NCBI GenBank assembly: GCA_951406725.2
Contig: OX597830.1
Span: 27,218,001-27,282,000 of the forward strand
DNA from: Octopus vulgaris
Lineage: Eukaryota
Length of the DNA: 64,000 bases
Direction of reading: 5' to 3'
Below are positions 54,437-64,000 of the stretch, piece by piece (position 1 is the first letter of the stretch; each line of letters starts with the position of its first letter). Under the pieces are notes generated by a model that was not told the DNA's origin, did no database searches, and saw only the letters and a list, made by a program, of their open reading frames with translations. A program made the position numbers and the translations under genes.

Positions 54437-54871
54437 ATTGAGTCGTCTTTCTTTTACTTTTGAATCTCTGAGCCCTTCTATCTTACTTTTTCGACTCTTT
54501 GAAGCTGATGATGATGATGACAACGACCATACACACACACACACACGCCGTGGCACTCCGTCGGTTGCCACGACGAGGGTTCCAGTTAATCCGATCAACG
54601 GAATAGCCTGCTCGTGAAATTAACGTGCAAGTGGCTGAGACACTTACACAGACACGTGTACCCTTAACGTAGTTCTCGGGGAGATTCAGCGTAACGCAGA
54701 GTGTGATGAGGCTGACCCTTTGAAATATAGGTACAACAGAAACAGGAAGAAAGAGTGAGAGAAAGTTGTGCTGAAAGAGTTCAGCAGGGTTCGCCACCAC
54801 CCCCTGCCGGAGCCGCGTGGAACTTTAGGTGTTTTCGCTCAATAAACACTCACAACGCCCGGTCTGGGAAT

Positions 54872-56376
54872 CCATCTCGTTCATGTCCTGATGGAATCTC
54901 TCCTCCTGCTTGTCGCTCATTGATCCCAGATTTTCAAGAAACCGATCCACATGGAGGATAAGTAATGCATTTTAATGCTCATGGTGCATCCGAGATTTCT
55001 GAAAGCAGTCAGCATATTGGTGACGAGTTCTGCATAGTTCTTCGCATTGTTGTTGCCAAGAAAGTTCTTCACGGCCAGAACAAAAGCCTTCGACACTTCC
55101 AGTTCCACTTCGTACTTTGAGTTTTCAAACTCAGGCTCTTTGATGAGCTGACGGATTTGAGGACCATCAAAGATGCTAGCTTTCAACTTCTCAATGATCA
55201 ATCTTGGAAAAGCTTGGCACAAGTAAGTGAAGCAGCCACCATTCTTGTCCAGAGCTTTGGTGAACTGCTTGATCAATCCGAGCTTGATGTGCAGTGGTCG
55301 GAAGAGTATTCTGTCTCTGTCCACCAGAGGGTTAATTATGAGGTTCTTAGCACTGCAAGGCACTAATTCGTCCCTCAAAGGTCAGTCCTTCTTCTTGTAA
55401 TGCTGAGTAGTGTCCCTACTATCCCACATGCAAAAAAAGCGTGGGTACTTGGTGAACCCAAACTGTTGTCCCAACAAAAAATTCACCATCTTCAGGTCAA
55501 CACAAATAAACCACTAATGCCAATTATAACGAATTTTCTCCATACTTCACCGCTTCATAATTCTTCAGTGTAGTCGAGTGAGCGAGGGGAACAGAGGCAA
55601 ACTGGTTGCCGTTGTGCAGCAGAACACATTTCAGCGATCGCTAGCTGCTGTCAATGAATAGTCTTCAATCTTTAGGTTCGTACTGTGGCACTCCAAGCTT
55701 GTACAGAAGATGAGCAATATCTGTACAGTACACCAAGTGCTTCTCTTCAGAGATAAAACGGAGGTACTCTTGATGCCTGTAGCGGTAGACGGTGATACGA
55801 GCACTGTCAGAGAGGAGGTTGTTTTCCTTTCAATCTGGATGCCAACAGTTCGGCAGAGGACGTTGACAATCCGTGATCGCAAACTAGATCTTTTAGCTCC
55901 CTTTTGGAAAAAGGATGTGGAGCATCATCGTCAAAGACTGGAGGATTCTTCGTCTCTAGTGTTAAGAAGTTCTCCGAAGACGTACTGGAATTTCATCATA
56001 GTGAGCTACAGGATAACGTGCTGATTGAAGATCAGGATACTTGAGACTGCTCCGGTACTTTCTGTTGATCCCAGTCACATCAATAGCCCAGAAATAGCAG
56101 TCAGTGCCATGGTGTGTCGGCTCCCTCCAAACCACAGGAATTCCAAACTTCAGACAACTCTTGGTCCACTGACGCAGATTCTCGATGCATGCTTTGCATA
56201 ACTTATGTGGCGCCCAAGCTTTATCCTGGTCACCAAGTTTAATACCAAAATAAGCATGGTAAGCACGTTTCATGAAACTTTTGACTGGAAACCTGTTAAG
56301 AACAATGGTGTATTCACCGCAGATGTAGCAGAATACATTGGGGTTACATTTGCAAGATCTTCTGGTCGAAGCCGTT
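54872..56376 (-). pseudogene. Chapaev3-like transposase pseudogene
   Basis: FCYICGEY..GDQDKAWAPHKLCKAC..WREPTHHGTDCYF; LLHNGN; ICVDLKMVNFLLG; LHIKLGLIKQF..DGPQIR..MSIKMH..ERFHQD. Several frameshifts; probable start ATG>ACG after a tttacag acceptor. Confidence 0.85.
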
Positions 56377-56646
56377 TCATTCACCTGTAAAATATAAAAT
56401 AACAATTAATCATGAATAGGTGCATGCAAACTATTCTGAGTTCAGTTCTATATTTAAGGGATGAGTAATTATTTACATTATTTACATTTGACGGATATTT
56501 GTCCTCATCTTGTTTGTCCCACGGGCATATGGCGTAGTGGTTAAAAGCGCGGGCTACTAACCTCAAGATTCCGAGTTCGATTATTATTATTATTATTGTT
56601 GTTGCTGTTGTTGTTATTATCATTATTATTGTTATTATTACTATCA

Positions 56647-56808
<162 letters not shown>

Positions 56809-56887
56809 TAATAATAATAACAACAACAACAACAACAACATCGAAAAATACCTTAGGAATGAGAACACAGGTTTGAAATTTCCCCAA

Positions 56888-56933
56888 GACACCTGATGAA
56901 GGCTGGAGGGTATATCAGCGGAAACGTTGTGTT
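56888..56933 (+). ncRNA. Minimal type I hammerhead ribozyme motif (Penelope-like, dimeric form)
   Basis: GACAC-CTGATGA-a-gGCTG..CAGCg-GAAA-CG-TT-GTGTT. Stem I GACAC/GTGTT, stem II GCTG/CAGC, palindromic AACGTT helix III. Confidence 0.7.
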
Positions 56934-57901
56934 AACAACAAACAAGATGAGGACAAATATTCGTGAAATGTAAATAATGTATTCTGACTTTTGTTTATTT
57001 CAAGAAATAAAAAAGGATTTTGCGTCATATTAAGTAAAAATACCCGTACATGTAAACAAAAACGTAAAAAAAAAACATGTGGCCATAGTTCAAAAAGCTG
57101 ACAGGGTTGAGCAAAACTCATGTGATTTTGGGGTTTAGCACACCAGAATTGTTCTAAATCAGCTAAAAAAATTTAGACAATAATTTTGTTGTTGACCAGT
57201 GTTATTTCTTTTAATGTATGAACTCAACTTGGGGTCAAGTGAACTATTAACAAGAAACCCCATTTTTTTTTTAGATGAGTTGTGGTGGAGGCGGGAAATG
57301 CCTCTTAATTTTTTTTTTTCGGAGAGAGAGAGAGAATGCCTTTGTTTGTGATGGTACTAACAGTTTCTGTACTGGCTAAAAAACCCCACCTCCGTTACAG
57401 ATTAGGTCACCTAGGTAACTAAAAATATCAACTACAAATCGACCCCAGGACTTATTCTATGTAAGCCTAGTACTTGTTCTATCGGTTTCTTTTGCCGAAC
57501 TACTAAGTTCGGTTGTCAAGAGATGGTGGGGAACAAACACACATACACACACACACACACACAAATATATAGATATATACATGTTGAGCTGAGACCCCCT
57601 TCGGTCATGACTGATCATGGGATTGCACCTAGAAAGTTACCCTCCGAGGAACACGTCCGGGCAAGATTGATTATGGAAGACCAGCATACCAGCCTTCCCT
57701 CTCCACGCCACCAATGTTATCCAAGAGAAAGCTTGGCATCAGTGATGTTACAACTCATTTCTATAGTTGAGTGAACTGGAGCAATGTGAAATAAAGTGTC
57801 TTGCTCAAGAACACAACACACAGCCCCGGTCTGGGAATCGAACGCACTACCTGATGATTGTGAGCCTGACGCTCTAACCACTGAGCCATGCGCCTTCAAT
57901 A

Positions 57902-57948
<47 letters not shown>

Positions 57949-57952
57949 TTGG

Positions 57953-58064
<112 letters not shown>

Positions 58065-58446
58065 TTAGTGCTATTTCGATTGAAAGACTGCGGCAGTATA
58101 ATACTCTATGATTAAAAACTAAATGAAAATCTTACTCCATATCCAAATTTCAATCCAGTATTAAACATTATTTGTCCTCAGACATTCGTTCGGTATTATA
58201 CATACATTTGAATAATTTACAGTGTGTATATACGAGAGCCTGATTGAACAGGAGAGCTGGTTTAAGTGTTTTTATGACCAAAGCATTTCGTTTTTGTACT
58301 TAGTTTGCGAGATTATTGGTGCAATGACCCTACCGAAACATTACAAAAGCATGATATTGTAATAAAAACACTTACATCAACACTTCTGTTTTATTCTGCT
58401 CTCGGATATATATGTATGTATATATATTAATTTATTATATAGAAGG

Positions 58447-58497
58447 AGCTTCTACAGGACTAGTACTGTTTCATTCAAGAGAAATCTTCAGGAAGCT
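58447..58497 (-). ncRNA. Type I hammerhead ribozyme motif (inverted copy)
   Basis: Exact reverse complement of 60765-60815. Confidence 0.75.
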
Positions 58498-58762
58498 ATT
58501 TAACAAGAATTGTATTAGCATTTATACATTTAGGCAGGTTTAAAGGAGTGGTGGTGGGGGACTTTTTGGGGGTAGGCATAGCGCAAAATATCATACTTGG
58601 GGGAGTGGTCAAGGAGTCAGTGGTAAGTTGTATATATGTTTATATATGTGAGTATGTAGTGATATAAGTATATGCATGTGTATGTATGGGTATGTGTATC
58701 AGTGTATATGTATATATGTATGTGTGTGTGTATGTATATGTATGTATATGTGTATATATGTA

Positions 58763-58797
<35 letters not shown>

Positions 58798-58860
58798 GTG
58801 TATATGTGTGTATGTATGTGTATGTGTATGTATGTGTATATATATCTATATATGTATATA

Positions 58861-58924
<64 letters not shown>

Positions 58925-59201
58925 TGCGTGTGTGTATGTATGCATATATGTATGTATGCATGTATATGGGTATGTATATATATGTGTGTAAGTGTGTGCA
59001 TATATGTATTTGTAAGTATGTGTGCGCGTATGAGTATGTATGTATGCTTGCACACGTGTATATATATGTGTGTGTGTGTATATATATGGATGCGCGTGCG
59101 TGTGTGCACGTGTATGGGTACGCATGTATATGTGTATGTGCGTGTATGCGTATACGTGTATGTATGTATGTGTGTGCGTAGATTTGTATATGTATGTGTG
59201 A

Positions 59202-59238
<37 letters not shown>

Positions 59239-59424
59239 TATAGATGGGTGTGTGTATGCGTATAAATGCATGTAAGTATGGATGTATGGATGTATGTATG
59301 TATGTATACGTATGTATGTGTGTATGTGTGTATGTATATATATATGTGTGTATATATGTTTGTGTATGTATATATATGTGTATGTATGTGTGTGTATATA
59401 TATGTGTATGTGTGTATGTGTATG

Positions 59425-59470
<46 letters not shown>

Positions 59471-60342
59471 TATGTATCTGTATGTAGGAGTATATATGTG
59501 TGTGTGTGTATGTATATGCGGGTATATATATATATATGTATATTTATTGGTGTATATGTATAGACTAGCCTCCTAAAGTGTAGACACGAATCTGTAGGTA
59601 CGAGTACGTATGTGTATATACGTGAACGTATGTAGATGTTTGTATGTATGAATATAACGCGTGCGTACGTGTATGTGTATGAGTGTACGAATGGGTGAAT
59701 GTACGTGCTAATGAGTGTGCGTGCGGGAATGAGTACTTGCCTTCTAGTAGACAGACAAATGGACATGCAGCCATTGCCAGGATTCTTAGCCCTAGCGATC
59801 AAAGATAACAAAAGTAATAAATGAAGATAATAAAATTAAAATTAGGGAATGGGCCTGTATTGGATTGTATATATATATATGTATATGTATATTTGTATGT
59901 ATGAATGTGTGTATGTGTAGGTATGTATAGGTACACATGTGTATGTGTATGTATATATGTGTGTATGTATGTATGTGCACACATGTATATATATGTATGC
60001 GTGTATATGTTTATATATATATATGTGTACATAGGTGTATGTGGGTGTATGTATATATAGGTGTAAATATGTGTATATAGGGAACTAGGTGTGTTGTGTG
60101 TGCATGAGTGTATGTGCGTATGAATATATATTTTTTTATGTGTATATATGTATGTGTGGTCGTGGGTATATATATATATATATATACATGTGTGTATGCG
60201 TGCATGCATGGGAGTGAGTGTATGCATATATACGTGTGTGTATGTGTAGACAGGTATAGGCATGTGCATGTGTATAAATTTGTATATGTGGGCGGGTGTA
60301 TGTATGTGTGTATGTAGATATGTATGTATGTGTGTACATATG

Positions 60343-60391
<49 letters not shown>

Positions 60392-60764
60392 AGATATATG
60401 TGTATGTATGTATGTGTGTGTAGATACGTATACATGTGTGTATAGGTATAAGTGAGAATCTCCTTATTTACCTATAACTCTATCCCCCCTTTTTTTATAT
60501 ATATATTTTTTTATATATATATTTTATATATATTTTTTTATATATATTTTTTATATTTTATATTTTTTATTTTTTTATTTTATTTTTTTATTTTTTATTT
60601 TTTTATTTTTTTATTTATCTATTCTTTCATCTAACTTACCACTGACTCCTTGACCACTCCCCCAAGTATGATATTTTGCGCTATGCCTACCCCCAAAAAG
60701 TCCCCCACCACCACTCCTTTAAACCTGCCTAAATGTATAAATGCTAATACAATTCTTGTTAAAT

Positions 60765-60815
60765 AGCTTCCTGAAGATTTCTCTTGAATGAAACAGTACT
60801 AGTCCTGTAGAAGCT
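60765..60815 (+). ncRNA. Type I hammerhead ribozyme motif
   Basis: AGCTTC-CTGAAGA-tTTC tctt GAAt-GAA-ACAG tactagtc CTGT-A-GAAGCT. 6-bp stem I, 3-bp stem II, 4-bp stem III, GUA cleavage triplet. Confidence 0.78.
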
Positions 60816-60906
60816 CCTTCTATATAATAAATTAATTTTACTCTGCTATGTATTGAGTACCTTACTTACTGTGGTTAACCCCGAATCAACCCGGGACCTA
60901 CATATG

Positions 60907-60957
<51 letters not shown>

Positions 60958-60989
60958 GTATATATATATATATATATGTATGTATGCCC

Positions 60990-61044
<55 letters not shown>

Positions 61045-61077
61045 TGTACGTGTATATATATAATGCGTCCATATTAT

Positions 61078-61112
<35 letters not shown>

Positions 61113-61153
61113 TATGGTTTCACATTTTGGCAGAGCATATACCATGTGTATCT

Positions 61154-61202
<49 letters not shown>

Positions 61203-61249
61203 CTTATATCTATTTGTCTGTCTATTTGTCTGCATCTCTCTCACTCTCA

Positions 61250-61327
<78 letters not shown>

Positions 61328-62416
61328 TATATCATATATATATATATCATATATCATATATATCATATATATATATTATATATATCATATATATGGCAAC
61401 GAGAAACTCAGAGTAACAGATTTTGTTGAATTTATATATATATATATATTTCTATGTATTTGAATGTATGTGTGTGAGTGCATGCGTGCGTGCGTGCTTG
61501 TGTATCTATGCGATCTGTGCGTATGGACGCGTATAAGGTGTTGTTTAAATGGCTTTCTTTAGTTGCCTTGCTGTTTGATATTATTGTCGTCAAATTTCGT
61601 TGCCATGGAAATTCGCTCTCCAGCATAGATAGATGTGACACACCACTCAAGATTGCTCAACACTACCCTCAACTGCTGTAATCATCAGGAAAAAGAAGTC
61701 GTAGAAAAATAAGAAGCATTTCCCACCCCCCACCACATCTCATCTGGGAAAAAAAATGGGGTTTCTTGTTAATAGTTCACTTGACCCCAAGTTGTTCATA
61801 TTTAATGCGTTCATACATTAAAAGAAAAAAAAATAGCAAAAAAAAATACCAGCTAAAACTCTCTGTATTATCTCTTAATATCTTGCTGCAGTTATATCAC
61901 CATCACCAGCAAGCACCACCACCAACCAGCACCACCACTACCACCGCCACCACCAACGCTACCACAACGACGACGACCACCACCAAAACAATCCTCCTCC
62001 GCATAATTATTGTCGTCGTCGTCGTCGTCATCATCATAAAGGGTTTTAGTCGAAAATAATCGACTCCAATTCTTCGTTTTGTTACTTACGCTATCTTACG
62101 CTGAACCATTGAGTTACGCGGACGTAAATAAACTAACACCAGTTGTCAAGCGGTGGGGCACTGCAAACAAAAATACAATGACACACGCACACTCACGCAT
62201 GCATACACGCATACATACACACACATACACACATGGTGAACTGTTAATCTCTCCACATTTTTTCCCGTTTTTTCTTCTTAATCCTTTCTGTCGAAGATCT
62301 TAGGCTCGAAACGTAAAATACATTTCCATTCTTCCCAAGCGTGAAACTAATATATCTGCTTGTTGTTTCTACACCTGTCTTCGTCTTTTGCTTTCTGTAT
62401 ATTTGAACTAAATAGA

Positions 62417-62655
62417 CAGGGTTGGCCAAAAGTCACCCGACAGTAAATACAGCTCCATAAATACTTAGTATTCAAGTTTAGTTATTGATTTCAATTATGA
62501 ATGTTTAGTAATTGAAAGCTGTGAGTTAAAATCACCGTGTATTTATTCAAGATTTGTCTATTTATTAGCGAAGTCTCACATAAATCAATTTTTTGTTTTG
62601 ATCTTGGAATCAAATGGCTTTTGATTTATTATCAGGTGACTTTTGGCCAAATCTG
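62417..62655. mobile_element. Tc1/mariner-type MITE (same TIR as 656-888)
   Basis: CAGGGTTGGCCAAAAGTCACCCGA...TCAGGTGACTTTTGGCCAAATCTG|TA. Confidence 0.85.
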
Positions 62656-62673
62656 TATACACACACGCGCACA

Positions 62674-62736
<63 letters not shown>

Positions 62737-62971
62737 GCACACACTCATATATAGGAGCACTCCGTCGGTTACGGAACAGCTTGGTCGCGAAATTAACGTG
62801 CAGTGTGACAAGGGTGGCCGTTTGAAATACAGGTACTACTCATTTTTGCCAGCTGAGTAGACTGGAGCAACGTGAAAATACAGCGTCTTGCTCAAGGACA
62901 CAACCCGTCGCCAGGAATTGAACTCACGACCATACGATCGTCAGCCGAATGCCCTAACCACAAAGCCAGGC

Positions 62972-63028
<57 letters not shown>

Positions 63029-63095
63029 ATATATTAATTAATAATAAAATATTAGGGAATAATATTTGCCTAATAGTGGTTTTATCTCTAATTTA

Positions 63096-63148
<53 letters not shown>

Positions 63149-63151
<3 letters not shown>

Positions 63152-63377
63152 GGAGTAAACACATAAATGTGAAACAAGGTGGAAAAAAGACTACTCAAAT
63201 ACCAGTGGTAGAGTAATATGCTTTATTTAAAGCAGCAGAAAATTCAACAAAACCTGTTACTCTGAGTTTCCCGTTGCCTTTCATCGGACAGTTTCTGCTA
63301 ACAAAAACTGTCCGATGAAAGGCAATGGGAAACTCAGAGTAACAGGTTTTGTTGAATTTTCTGCTGCTTTAAATAAA

Positions 63378-63378
<1 letters not shown>
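63149..63378. mobile_element. Fold-back Penelope-like terminus in (TA)n with two hammerhead-like motifs
   Basis: Arms 63221-63294 / 63305-63378. CTGT-CCGATGA-..GGCAA..-GAAACTCAGAGTA-ACAG at 63308-63345(+) and 63254-63291(-). Left part homologous to 29932-30010. Confidence 0.7.
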
Positions 63379-63425
<47 letters not shown>

Positions 63426-63676
63426 CAAGAAAGTTAGAGGTTGTGAATCCAACCAACTAAGGGATAATATCTATCCAATATACTGGTGGTAGAATACCCA
63501 ATTATTAATACACAAGTGTTTTTTTATTGCATCGCACTTACAATACCTAGTGTACTAAATGGGTGAGGGTAAAGAGGTATTTTACCATTAATTCATAGAG
63601 CAATAAGAATATGGAGGGGATCAATAGGTAGTTCATCAACTTTTAGACATATTATGTCTATTTATTTATTATAAAT

Positions 63677-63846
63677 AGGCGCAGGAGTGGCTGTGTGGTA
63701 AGTAGCTTGCTTACCAACCACATGGTTCCGGGTTCAGTCCCACTGCGTGGCACCTTGGGCAAGTGTCTTCTACTATAGCCTCGGGCCGACCAAAGCCTTG
63801 TGAGTGGATTTGGTAGATGGAAACTGAAAGAAGCCCGTCATATATA

Positions 63847-63880
<34 letters not shown>

Positions 63881-64000
63881 GTGTCTGTGTTTGTCCCCCT
63901 AGCGTTGCTTGACAACCGATGCTGGTGTGTTTATGTCCCCGTCACTTAGCGGTTCGGCAAAAGTGACCGATAGAATAAGTACTGGGCTTACAAAGAATAA
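63677..64000 (+). mobile_element. SINE family A (runs off the window end)
   Basis: Consensus-like head GGCGCAGGAGTGGCTGTGTGGTAAG. Confidence 0.9.

Larger units (their letters stand above)
58426..60836. mobile_element. 204-bp inverted repeats (58426-58629 / 60633-60836) around ~2 kb of microsatellite; Penelope-like ends
   Basis: Arms appear identical by eye and each contains a hammerhead fold. Confidence 0.85.

Noticed and set aside
53613-54617. 334-aa ORF, the longest in the track
   Set aside because: Made of (CAC)n and (CTTT)n/(CCTT)n low-complexity sequence.
56523-56582. tRNA-like sequence GGGCATATGGCGTAGTGGTT...GAGTTCGA
   Set aside because: Truncated after the T-loop with no acceptor stem; a SINE head. 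The same applies to the family A, B and D heads.

Overview
AT-rich, microsatellite- and SINE-dense animal genomic DNA. The repeat families resemble those of octopus/cephalopods (inference). None of the supplied long ORFs is a real gene. One spliced + strand gene is recoverable by eye: a FAM92/CIBAR (CBY1-interacting BAR-domain, ciliary) homologue with 8 visible coding exons from 3392 to 40686; its 5' exon(s) lie upstream of the window. The gene contains a ~10.8 kb minor-spliceosome (U12-type) intron ending at a 6-nt microexon (GCTCAG, Ala-Gln, 23544-23549), followed by a 12.5 kb U2 intron. The rest is transposon debris: mariner/Tc1/maT remnants and MITEs, a decayed Chapaev3-type transposase, R4/Dong and RTE LINE fragments, Helentron-type elements, piggyBac/hAT MITEs and four SINE families. 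Many fold-back palindromes sit in (TA)n tracts. Three unrelated ones between 56.9 and 63.4 kb carry hammerhead-ribozyme folds typical of Penelope-like element ends or retrozymes.
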